A DNA stretch of 64,000 nt, from the NCBI GenBank assembly GCA_944388995.1, contig CALXKN010000005.1, forward strand, positions 30,895-94,894. The letters are read 5' to 3'. Below the pieces are notes generated by a model. It saw nothing but the letters and a program-made list of their open reading frames with translations, did not search any database and was not told the DNA's origin. The position numbers were made by a program, and so were the translations under genes. Positions within the stretch are counted from its first letter, which is position 1. Every line of letters begins with the position of its first letter. Below are positions 37,005 to 45,853 of this stretch, piece after piece. This DNA comes from an uncultured Spirochaetota bacterium (lineage in GTDB: Bacteria; Spirochaetota; Spirochaetia; JAFGXN01).

Positions 37005-37900
37005 GTTTTTTTCTCCTTATTTTTCAGCGCCCTTCCCGCGGCAAGAATTGTATTGGCCATCAGCATGGTAATGGTCATCGGACCGACTCCGCCGGGAACG
37101 GGGGTAATGTAGGATGCTTTTTCTTTAACCGCTTCGAAATCGACGTCGCCGACCAGTCGAAAACCGCTCTTTTTGGAGGCGTCCGGAATGCGGTTGACTC
37201 CGACATCGATGACAACAGCTCCCGGTTTGATCATATCGGAGGTAACGGTTGCGGGCCGTCCGACGGCGGCAATCAGAATATCCGCTTCTTTGATCTCGGC
37301 TGCCAAATCGGGCGTAGCGGTGTGGCAAACGGTGACGGTTGCGTTTCCGTAAGCCTGCTTTTGAAAAAGCAAATTGGCAATCGGCTTGCCGACGATATTG
37401 CTGCGGCCGAGAACAACGGCTTTTTTTCCTTTTGTATCAATATTGCTTCTCATCAGCAGTTGAAGAATTCCGTGCGGCGTGCACGGCAGGAAACACTCCT
37501 GTTCCAGCACCATGCGGCCGACATTGACGGGATGAAAGCCGTCGACGTCCTTCTCCGGAGAGATGGCTTCGATGATTTTGTTTTCGTCAATGTGCGGCGG
37601 CAGTGGCAGCTGAACCAAAATACCGTGGATACGGCTGTCGCGGTTTTTTTCGCCGATGATTTTCAGCAGTTCCGCTTCGGGAAAATCGGCCGGAAAATGC
37701 AGCGAGTCGGAAAAAATTCCCAACTCTTCGCACGCCGCTTTTTTCCCCGTCACATAGGAACAACTGGCCGGATCGTCACCGACAAGAATGACCGTCAAAC
37801 CGGGGCGCATACCCGCAGCCGTCAAAGCGGCCGCTTTTTCCTTTAATTCGGCACGGATAACGCGCGCCGTTTCCTTCCCGTCGATTAACACAGCAGACAT
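36998..37900 (-). CDS. folD: Bifunctional methylenetetrahydrofolate dehydrogenase/cyclohydrolase
   Basis: LIDGKETA, GILVQLPLP and VVLGRSNIVGKP motifs. The start is set at ATG 37900, behind a GGGAG SD. Confidence 0.9.
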   Translation of the reverse strand: MSAVLIDGKETARVIRAELKEKAAALTAAGMRPGLTVILVGDDPASCSYVTGKKAACEELGIFSDSLHFPADFPEAELLKIIGEKNRDSRIHGILVQLPLPPHIDENKIIEAISPEKDVDGFHPVNVGRMVLEQECFLPCTPHGILQLLMRSNIDTKGKKAVVLGRSNIVGKPIANLLFQKQAYGNATVTVCHTATPDLAAEIKEADILIAAVGRPATVTSDMIKPGAVVIDVGVNRIPDASKKSGFRLVGDVDFEAVKEKASYITPVPGGVGPMTITMLMANTILAAGRALKNKEKKTC

Positions 37901-38007
37901 AAAAACTCCCGATAATATATCTGTTTTTATCACAATGCGGTTGAAAAAACAACCGTTCCGTGCTATTATTTAGCCGAAATCGACAGGATCGATTCCGAGG
38001 GACGAAT

Positions 38008-38832
38008 TTGAAAAAAGTGTTTTTCTGCATCCTGTTTTGTATTCCGGTCTTCACATTTGCCCAAACGGAAACCGCCGCCGCGGAAGAGCCTGCGGAGGCG
38101 GTTTCCGGCGGAACAAGCGGCGCCGAAACGGAAAACCCGCAGACGCCTGCCGTTCCGGCGGACGCCGTCGGCGGACTTCACACCGATCCTGAGACTGCTT
38201 CTTCCGAATCCGGCGAAACGGCTGCCGGAAAGTTGCCGGAAGAACGGCAGCGCGAACTCCGGTCGGTCGTCAGGCAGTCGGACAACATCGTCTATCAGGG
38301 GGAAATGTTCATCCGCTTTGCGCTCGGAATGTCGGTTCCTCTGTTTTCCCATTTTTTTAAAAACCCCGATATCGGACGGAACGGATACACAAACAATGCC
38401 AAGCTTTACGGCGTCCCGGTCGGCGGTTCGGCGGCAGTCGATTTTATGTATTATCTGGAAGGAAATTGGGGCGTCGGAATCGAACTGGCACTCCAGATTC
38501 TGCAGACACAGGCCAATTATCAGTCTTTGGTGGCGGTCGGCGCGCGCGGACAGTACATGATCCGACGCTGGCCTTTCGATATTCCGCTTTCCGTCGGACT
38601 GGGCGTTGCCTTTAATTCGCTTTATATTGAAGACACCGAAAGCCTTCTTTACGCGGGCCCTTACATCAAGCCGGATTTCGGTTTTTTTTACAACATCAAC
38701 GAAAAGTGGTCGGTCGGATTCAACACGACGTTTTGGGTTGTCTCCGAGTTTTATTTTTCCGACGAGAAAAAAAATCAAAGCAATTTTTCGGCCTTTTGGG
38801 ATATCACCCTTTCCGCCCGATACCGTTTTTAG
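38008..38832 (+). CDS. Putative outer-membrane beta-barrel protein
   Basis: TTG start after GAGGGA. Signal peptide (FCILFCIPVFTFA-QTE) followed by a low-complexity Ala/Glu/Pro region. The C-terminal part has an alternating pattern and ends ...SARYRF with a terminal Phe. Confidence 0.5.
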   Translation: MKKVFFCILFCIPVFTFAQTETAAAEEPAEAVSGGTSGAETENPQTPAVPADAVGGLHTDPETASSESGETAAGKLPEERQRELRSVVRQSDNIVYQGEMFIRFALGMSVPLFSHFFKNPDIGRNGYTNNAKLYGVPVGGSAAVDFMYYLEGNWGVGIELALQILQTQANYQSLVAVGARGQYMIRRWPFDIPLSVGLGVAFNSLYIEDTESLLYAGPYIKPDFGFFYNINEKWSVGFNTTFWVVSEFYFSDEKKNQSNFSAFWDITLSARYRF

Positions 38833-38844
38833 GAGAAAATAAGG

Positions 38845-40386
38845 TTGACAAAAAAACGGACACTGATTCTTTTCGCAGTCTTTTCTCTTTTCGCCTGCAA
38901 CGTTGACGGAGCAAACGGAATTTTTTACGCCATTACACAGGAGGTCGAGTCTGGAAATGCAACCATCGATGTTAATATGACTCCGAAAGGAATGATCGAA
39001 ACCGAGGATTTTCTCTTCCTTGTCGCAAACGGCCTGCACGTCTCGTTTAAAGACGGACGGATCGTCAACGAGTTGGTCTGGACCCCGCTGAATACATTCG
39101 GAGAGGTCTCTGTCAACGGAAAATCCGAACCTTTTCTGCAGACGGAAAGCTCTTCCGCAAACTGCAAGGATGCCGTCGTTCTTGAATACGGCGGGGAGAA
39201 GGTGATCGTGGCCTCCCAGAGTATCGACGACGACTACAATTCCTATGAGAGCCCGAACAATCCCGAATATAACGGCAGTTTCCGTGTCAACCGAATTTTC
39301 CGGCTGGTTCAGTCGGATCCTGACAATCCCGGAAAATGGAACTGGAAAGAAATCCCGACCGAATATCCGGCCATGAAACATACCTACAGCGATGCCTTCC
39401 GTCAGATGGAAGTCGAACGGATTTTTCAGGCCGACGGCGAAATTTACTTTCTTTTCAATGAAAAATTTATCCGAAAAAAATATTACATCACCGATGAAAA
39501 CGGAAACGAAACCGCCAACACGGAACAGGCGGTAAAATCCCCGTATTTTACGCTTTGCCGAGTCGACGGCCTTTTTTCCGGAACTCCGACTTTTACTGAA
39601 ATTTCCATGCCTTCGGAAAAAGACCGCGTGTCCGTTATCAAGGATCTGTTTGCGTTCAAAAAACAAGGTAAAACGGAAGTCTGGTTTGCAACAGGAAAAA
39701 ACTTATACGCCATTAATGGAAACAGCGCCGCTCCGATGGACATTTATGTTTCAGCCGGTATCGGAAACGGCGGTTACTATTTAAATCCGCGTATTGAAAC
39801 CATTACCGCCGTGCACTGCGCCGAACCGTCTCCCTATCTGACGGAAGAGCAAAAATTCTTTTCCTACGAAGGAGTCCGTTACCGAATTAATCAGGACGAT
39901 ACCGTTTTTCTGGCCGTTACGTACATCAATAACGACTACGATCAAATCAACCGGCTTTACCGCTATACGAATACGGTTTCTTACTCCATCGGCGCCGGCA
40001 CCTCCTCATTGACTTTTGACTGGAATTGGAGCGAATGTCTGATTGAAGGTCAGGATAACGACGATTTGATTATTTATACGATTGACGAATATTATGCAAA
40101 TTACACGGTCGACGGCCGGGAAACACTGATTAACAAATTGATCATCGGAACGGACGACGGCTATCTGGAAGCCGCTCCCGGCAATACCGTACCTCAATTC
40201 AATACCGTCAACTACGACGACGCCGAATCGACCAGCGCCTCCAATCTTTCGACGCTGATTTTGGAAACCGCTTCGGTCATCGGGTTTTACTGCTCCGATA
40301 AAGGAACTCCGGAAGGGCGGCTGTTTGCGTTTACGGCCAGTAACGGTGTTTGGGAGAACGTCCGCAAAGTGTGGTCGCGGGAATGA
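38845..40386 (+). CDS. Hypothetical lipoprotein
   Basis: TTG start after AGGAGAA. Lipobox FAVFSLFAC. No domain recognised. Confidence 0.55.
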   Translation: MTKKRTLILFAVFSLFACNVDGANGIFYAITQEVESGNATIDVNMTPKGMIETEDFLFLVANGLHVSFKDGRIVNELVWTPLNTFGEVSVNGKSEPFLQTESSSANCKDAVVLEYGGEKVIVASQSIDDDYNSYESPNNPEYNGSFRVNRIFRLVQSDPDNPGKWNWKEIPTEYPAMKHTYSDAFRQMEVERIFQADGEIYFLFNEKFIRKKYYITDENGNETANTEQAVKSPYFTLCRVDGLFSGTPTFTEISMPSEKDRVSVIKDLFAFKKQGKTEVWFATGKNLYAINGNSAAPMDIYVSAGIGNGGYYLNPRIETITAVHCAEPSPYLTEEQKFFSYEGVRYRINQDDTVFLAVTYINNDYDQINRLYRYTNTVSYSIGAGTSSLTFDWNWSECLIEGQDNDDLIIYTIDEYYANYTVDGRETLINKLIIGTDDGYLEAAPGNTVPQFNTVNYDDAESTSASNLSTLILETASVIGFYCSDKGTPEGRLFAFTASNGVWENVRKVWSRE

Positions 40387-42507
40387 TCAGCTTCGGACGA
40401 TATCTTTGACAATCATCTGGTTGACAACATCGTTTTTGTAAAAATTCCTGTTCAAAGTAAAGACCATTTCAACCGAGTCGCCTTGCGAAAAATCGACGTC
40501 GATCAAACCGGCCGCATTCCAGTAGAGCGCCGGCCAAAAAAATTCCCCGATTTTCACCGTCAGCCTGACATGCTGCCGCTCAGCCCCGATAGTCTCGCAT
40601 TTGACAATGATGGCGTCCCTGCAGGAAAAAACCGGCTCGCTCATTCCCTCTCCGAAGGGCGCCAAAAAATCGACAACTTTCATAATGCTCTCATTCATCC
40701 GTTGCGGCGGCAAAAACGCGTCAACCGTAATTTCCCCGTTTCCGGTCCGGATTTCGCTTTCGCGGACGAGCTCCGTCAGCCGTTTTCCGAATGCCGGGGC
40801 GTTTTCCGTATTCAAATTAAAGCCGGCGGCTCCGTCGTGGCCTCCGAAATCGTTGAACAGGTCGGAAAATTGCCCGAGAAAGGCGCGCGCCTTTACTCCG
40901 CCGGAAGATCTCATTGAACCGACGATTTTATCCCCGTCAACCGGCGCCGCGACGATGGCCGGAACTCCGTACTTTTGCGTCAGACGCATCGCCATGATTC
41001 CGGTCAGACCGCGGTTAAGCTGCGGATCGTAGACAAAAACAAATTTTTCACCGTTTTTCTGAAAGGATAAATCCGCTTTTTGTGAAACCGACTGCCACGC
41101 TTCGTTTCCGATCTGTTTTCTGCGTTCGTTGATTTCCAGAATTTCACCGGCCAGAGTCTGAATTTCATTGATGTCGTCGGAAAGCAGAAAACGGATTGCT
41201 TTGTCCGGAACGCCCATCCGTCCCGTCGCATTTAAAAGCGGCGTCACTTTAAACGCAAGATCCGTCGCCGTTACGTTGCGGAAGCAGTTTTGCCGGAACA
41301 AAAGCTCCCGGATGGCTTGGCGGCGCTTTTGATTAATCAAGCCGATACCGACTTTCACAATGATGCGGTTTTCGTTCTGAAGCGGCATTACATCACCGAT
41401 GGTTCCCAACGCCGCCAAATCCATGCAGTGATAGTATTGCGAAAAAAGAGAGGCGAATTTCTTGAAAAAATAAGCCGTAAACAGAGTGCGGAAAATATCA
41501 ATTTCGCGCAGATTATGGGGATTTTCTTCATATTTGGTGAAAAACGGTTCGTTTTTCATTTTGAAAAGGGAAAATCCCGACGCTTCGGGGACGAATTTGT
41601 TGATTTCATCGAAGAGATCGACCGCATTCAGCGGCAGTTCTTCAGGAAAAACACTTTTGAGAATGTTGAGTTGATAGGAAGAATCGTAAAAATAAACGGT
41701 TCCCCGGGAACAAATTCCGCTCAGAGTCTCAAAAACATCCGAATTGTCGTGATCGGGATGAACGGAAAAGCAAAATTCATCCGTGACGGTCAGATTCTGA
41801 AGCGTCAGCGTCTCAATAAAGAAAAAACCGTCGTTGCCGTTAAAAATATTCATCAGAATCATCGGCCGGTTATAAAACGCGGTCTGTCCGAAGAGCAGCG
41901 CAAACGACAGCTTTAAAGCGACAACACAGCCGGCAATGTTTTCATAAGGATAGCCGGAATCTCCCAGCTTCGGATTGATGACAGCGACCGCCGACGGAAC
42001 ATCTTCTCCCGGATTGTGATGATCGGTGATAACCAAATCAACTCCGACCGAATCGGCATAAGCGGCTTCAGCGACGCAGGAGATGCCGCAGTCGACGGTA
42101 ATAATCAAAGAAATTCCGTCCTTAACGCAGCGGTCGATATCGTTGCGGCGCAGACTGTAATCTTCGTCTCCTTCCGGAACGGCGTAAACGACGTCAGCTC
42201 CGATTTTACGCAATGTTTCAACCAAAATCACCGTCGCCGTAATTCCGTCCGCATCGCGGTCTCCGTAAACCATCATTTTTTCTTTTGAGGCAACAGCCGC
42301 AAGAATGCGGTCGACGGCGTCTTCCATCTCAACAAAATCAAACGGATTGTGCAGAAAACGAAGCTGAGACTCGAAAATAAACTTTAAACTTTCCGGCGAC
42401 GTCAGACCGCGGCGCTCCAAAATTGAAGCCGTCAGCAAATCGATTCCGAACCGGCTTGCCGTTTTCCGCACCGCATCTTTGTCCACCTCTTTGCGAATTT
42501 GTTTCAT
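40387..42507 (-). CDS. recJ: Single-stranded-DNA-specific exonuclease RecJ
   Basis: DHH motifs (YGDRDADGI, ITVDCG, ITDHHNP) and a DHHA1 GGHDGAAG motif. Confidence 0.9.
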   Translation of the reverse strand: MKQIRKEVDKDAVRKTASRFGIDLLTASILERRGLTSPESLKFIFESQLRFLHNPFDFVEMEDAVDRILAAVASKEKMMVYGDRDADGITATVILVETLRKIGADVVYAVPEGDEDYSLRRNDIDRCVKDGISLIITVDCGISCVAEAAYADSVGVDLVITDHHNPGEDVPSAVAVINPKLGDSGYPYENIAGCVVALKLSFALLFGQTAFYNRPMILMNIFNGNDGFFFIETLTLQNLTVTDEFCFSVHPDHDNSDVFETLSGICSRGTVYFYDSSYQLNILKSVFPEELPLNAVDLFDEINKFVPEASGFSLFKMKNEPFFTKYEENPHNLREIDIFRTLFTAYFFKKFASLFSQYYHCMDLAALGTIGDVMPLQNENRIIVKVGIGLINQKRRQAIRELLFRQNCFRNVTATDLAFKVTPLLNATGRMGVPDKAIRFLLSDDINEIQTLAGEILEINERRKQIGNEAWQSVSQKADLSFQKNGEKFVFVYDPQLNRGLTGIMAMRLTQKYGVPAIVAAPVDGDKIVGSMRSSGGVKARAFLGQFSDLFNDFGGHDGAAGFNLNTENAPAFGKRLTELVRESEIRTGNGEITVDAFLPPQRMNESIMKVVDFLAPFGEGMSEPVFSCRDAIIVKCETIGAERQHVRLTVKIGEFFWPALYWNAAGLIDVDFSQGDSVEMVFTLNRNFYKNDVVNQMIVKDIVRS

Positions 42508-42531
42508 CTCTCATCCGCATAATAAAGCATA

Positions 42532-43281
42532 TCAGCGCAAACTTTCAAGGGTTTTGTAGCGAAAACCGGAAAGTTCTTTCAGCAGTGAAATCAGATACAC
42601 TTTCAGCTTGCGGCCTCCGTCAGTATTAATGGGAATTTCAGAGGTTTCCGCAAAAGGAATTTTTAAAACCGTATTGAGATAGTCCCTTAATTCGGGCTCC
42701 AAAGGCACGCTGCCGCCGCAAACACAGCCGGCGCAGTACGGCTGATGATCCTGGCGCTGCATAAAAACCGTTTCGTTTTCCTGAAACGCCCTTCCGCACA
42801 AGGAACATTCGCTCAGCGGCGCAAAAAAGCCGGCAAACGCAAGATAGCGGACCAAAAAGTTAATCACGACAGCGGTTTCCGACTCTTTTGCGCCGCATCG
42901 GTTCAAAGCTTTCAGCGCGTGGTACAAAAGCGAAAACATCCGCCGGTCCTCGCCGGCCGTATTGTTTTTCAGTAAAACTTCGCAGAAAAACTGCGCGGTC
43001 AAAACGGTTTCGTAAGATTTTGTCAGATTTTCAAAGGAATCAAGGAGCGTCAGCTCTTTGAACTGACGCTCCTCCTCCGTCGCGCGCATTCTGACCGTCA
43101 ATTCCGCCGAAAGGACCGAAAACGGTTCCAGCTTTCCGCCGAAACGGTTGCGCGATTTGCACGCTCCGAAAGCCGTGACGGTAAAAATACCGATATCCGG
43201 CGAAATCAGGGTCACTGATTTATCAATTTCGCGGACAACGCTGCTTTTCAGGACGATGCAGTGAGTTTTGACGTTCTTCAT
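42532..43281 (-). CDS. recO: DNA repair protein RecO
   Basis: OB-fold N-terminus and a Cys4 zinc motif (CSLCGR ... YCAGC). Confidence 0.8.
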   Translation of the reverse strand: MKNVKTHCIVLKSSVVREIDKSVTLISPDIGIFTVTAFGACKSRNRFGGKLEPFSVLSAELTVRMRATEEERQFKELTLLDSFENLTKSYETVLTAQFFCEVLLKNNTAGEDRRMFSLLYHALKALNRCGAKESETAVVINFLVRYLAFAGFFAPLSECSLCGRAFQENETVFMQRQDHQPYCAGCVCGGSVPLEPELRDYLNTVLKIPFAETSEIPINTDGGRKLKVYLISLLKELSGFRYKTLESLR

Positions 43282-44177
43282 TAAAACCGGGGAGCGGAAA
43301 CCGGATTGACGGCCGTTCCGTTTTGGTAAACAAAAAGATAAATTTTCGAAGCGACGGCCGCGTCAGCTTCGCCGATCTTTTCGCCCGCCTTGACGGCGTC
43401 GCCTTCCCGCACGGAGAGAGAGTCAAAACCGGCGTAAGTGTAAAGCATTTTATTGTATGCTTCGACCACGACAACGTGTCCGTATCCCCTGAAAACCGAA
43501 GCGGTTTTGATGGTTCCGTTACAGACGGAAACAATATCGGATTTTTCCTTGATATCGATTTCGATTCCGGGAATTTTCCCCTGAAAGTAATAGACATCGC
43601 CTGCGGCCGGCCATTTTTTGTTTGCGGCAACCACTTTCTTCTTATCCGTCTTTCCGGCAGACTCTGCGCCGGCGTCCGAAGCGGCAGAAATCACCGCCGT
43701 GTTTTTTTTCGGCGGAACTTCGGCGGCGGCAACCGTTTTTTTTGCGGCAGGCGGAACGGACGTCTCTTTTCCGGTATCGGAACCGGCGCCGTTAAGAGAC
43801 AGCTTCTGCCCCGCAAAGATGACGTTGTTTTTCAGCCGGTTATCGGAAGCGATTTTTTCAACGGTTGTCTGATACCGGCGGGCGATGGCATAAAGCGTTT
43901 CCCCTTTCTGAACAATATGAAACGAAGGTGTTTTTCCGGATTCTTGCTGAGAATCCTCATCCTCAACCGGAATCACCAGCTTCTGTCCGGCTTTGATATG
44001 CGTCTCTGCCGAAAAATCGTTGATTTTTGCCAATTCGGAGACCGTCACGTTGTACTTTCTGGAAAGAGAATAGAGCGTCTCCCCTTTTTCGACAATATGC
44101 GTTTTTTGCCGCGCTGCCGCCGAAAACGGCAGCAGAAGAAAAAAAACGAGAAGCGTGCAGAAAAACCGAACTTTCAT
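43281..44177 (-). CDS. LysM-repeat M23 family metallopeptidase
   Basis: Signal peptide from MKVRFF, two LysM repeats (HIVEKGETLYSLSRKY, HIVQKGETLYAIARRY) and an M23 C-terminus. The ORF-track start at 44375 was trimmed. Confidence 0.8.
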   Translation of the reverse strand: MKVRFFCTLLVFFLLLPFSAAARQKTHIVEKGETLYSLSRKYNVTVSELAKINDFSAETHIKAGQKLVIPVEDEDSQQESGKTPSFHIVQKGETLYAIARRYQTTVEKIASDNRLKNNVIFAGQKLSLNGAGSDTGKETSVPPAAKKTVAAAEVPPKKNTAVISAASDAGAESAGKTDKKKVVAANKKWPAAGDVYYFQGKIPGIEIDIKEKSDIVSVCNGTIKTASVFRGYGHVVVVEAYNKMLYTYAGFDSLSVREGDAVKAGEKIGEADAAVASKIYLFVYQNGTAVNPVSAPRF

Positions 44178-44318
44178 ACTTCCAATATCGGGAAAAAATC
44201 CGGTTTCCTTTAACTCGTTTCCGGAAAAACAGGCGGCGTGTTTGAAAAAAAAGAATTGAAACAAACGGCGGTTTGTGGTATGATACCATTGAATTTTGGT
44301 ATACAATGAGGTCATCAG

Positions 44319-45851
44319 ATGCAGCAACAGCAGCAAAAGGAAAAAAAGAATGCCGTTGAAGAGCGGCGCGCGCACTCCCCCGTTCTGTACTGGGGAACGG
44401 TTGTCACACTGGTTTTGATTGTCATCACCTTCGTCATCGGCCCCGTTTTCGGCTCCGGTTACGCAAAATCGGTTTCTCTCGGAAAAGCGGCCGGAAAGAC
44501 GATTTATTTTGATGAAAATTTCGGCTATGCGTGGGAATCATACGAACGGAATTTGGCGGCGGCTTACGGCATCGATCTGCAGACCGCTCCCGATTATATG
44601 CGCAGTCAGCTGCGGGTAACCGCCTTTCAGGGCGCATTTTTTATGACCGCCTACGAAAATTTTGTCGAATCGGTTTTAAACAAAAGCGGTATCGTCGCCA
44701 CTTCCCAAAAAGCGGAACATCTGATTGCGCAGTCGATTCTGGCGCAAACCGATCCCGTCGCCCAAAAGGAGTCGTTGAAAGCGTATAAGGAACTTTCGGA
44801 TAAGCAGCGGCAGACTCAAATCGACGGAGTGAAAAAAGAGTATCTCTCAATGACTTTCAGGGAAGATCTTGCCCTTGTCCCGGAAATCAGCGATTTTGAA
44901 ACCTCTTTCCTGAACGAAAAAGCCTTTCCGCAGAAACGGACGCTTCGCTACCTTCTGATCAACGAAGAATCGCTCCCCGATTCGTATTTTACCGGATACG
45001 CTTCTCAGCCCGGCAAAACCGATCTGTTTACACAAATTTCCTTCCAGAAAATTTTGGTTTCCACGGAGACCGAAATGGAATTTTTGCTTGACGAAATCGA
45101 AAAAGATCCCGAAGGATTTTCCCGTCTGGCCGAAGACTCCACCATCGACACCGACGGCGGAAAAGAGACAACTCTTTATTTCTACGAACTGTTGAACGAA
45201 TTCGGCGAAGAACACGAAGACGAGTTCCGGAAACTGACGGCTCTGAAAACCGGTGAATTGAGCGAAGTCATCAGAACCGAATACGGTTATCTGCTTTTCA
45301 GAATCACGAAAGAAGCCGTTCCCGCCGATTGGGAAGACAGCGGGCTCATCGCCGAAATCCGCGATTACATCACTTATAACGACAGCGACGCCGCCGCCGC
45401 ATTCGTCGCCGAACTGACCGCAGAAGCCGCAGAAGTCGCTGCCGCGGAAGGTTTGAGCCGGGCTGCCGGAACGCTCGGACTGACGGTTTTGACAACCCGC
45501 CCGTTTGCCGTCAATATCAACGGAATTTCCGAAATCGGCCGCATTCAGAACGGAGACGGCGAAGAGGTGCTGACTTCCGTTTACGGCGATGAATCGTTTT
45601 TCAAAGCGGTTTTTACCGCCGAAGCAGATACGGTTGCCGAAACGGTTTATACCGACGGAGGAAATATCATTTACGAAGTTTCCGAAATCGAAGAGTCGGC
45701 GGCTCTCGGCGATTCGGCTGCACTTGCCGCCCTGATTCCCGGAGGCGATGAAGGTTTTCAGAATTATATTTTGAATCACAAAAGCTACCGCGACAACACT
45801 CAGAAGTTTATGGAAACCTACAGCGAAATGTTTTCTTATTCAGCCGAATAA
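44319..45851 (+). CDS. PpiD/SurA-like periplasmic chaperone with degenerate parvulin domain
   Basis: N-terminal TM anchor and a central parvulin-like segment (ISFQKILVST ... GELSEVIRTEYGYLLFRI). Confidence 0.55.
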   Translation: MQQQQQKEKKNAVEERRAHSPVLYWGTVVTLVLIVITFVIGPVFGSGYAKSVSLGKAAGKTIYFDENFGYAWESYERNLAAAYGIDLQTAPDYMRSQLRVTAFQGAFFMTAYENFVESVLNKSGIVATSQKAEHLIAQSILAQTDPVAQKESLKAYKELSDKQRQTQIDGVKKEYLSMTFREDLALVPEISDFETSFLNEKAFPQKRTLRYLLINEESLPDSYFTGYASQPGKTDLFTQISFQKILVSTETEMEFLLDEIEKDPEGFSRLAEDSTIDTDGGKETTLYFYELLNEFGEEHEDEFRKLTALKTGELSEVIRTEYGYLLFRITKEAVPADWEDSGLIAEIRDYITYNDSDAAAAFVAELTAEAAEVAAAEGLSRAAGTLGLTVLTTRPFAVNINGISEIGRIQNGDGEEVLTSVYGDESFFKAVFTAEADTVAETVYTDGGNIIYEVSEIEESAALGDSAALAALIPGGDEGFQNYILNHKSYRDNTQKFMETYSEMFSYSAE

Positions 45852-45853
45852 CC

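Noticed and set aside
37901-38007. ZTP (pfl-type) riboswitch upstream of folD-purH, which is a common location for it.
   Set aside because: The intergenic region is only ~100 nt and lacks the conserved ZTP motifs. It holds only a small CGGTTG-TTTTTT-CAACCG hairpin.
37966-39666. 566-aa minus-strand ORF, the longest unexplained ORF in the track.
   Set aside because: It lies antisense to two plus-strand genes that have proper SDs, signal peptides and a lipobox. Its translation is Arg/Phe/Gly-rich with no motif. It has no SD and runs across an intergenic gap. This is a typical shadow frame of codon-biased genes.
43323-44213. 296-aa plus-strand ORF.
   Set aside because: It is antisense to the LysM/M23 peptidase gene, whose LysM repeats are clear. 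It is a shadow ORF.
44847-45779. 310-aa minus-strand ORF.
   Set aside because: It is antisense to the PpiD-like gene, which has a TM anchor and a parvulin-like segment. It has no start context. It is a shadow ORF.
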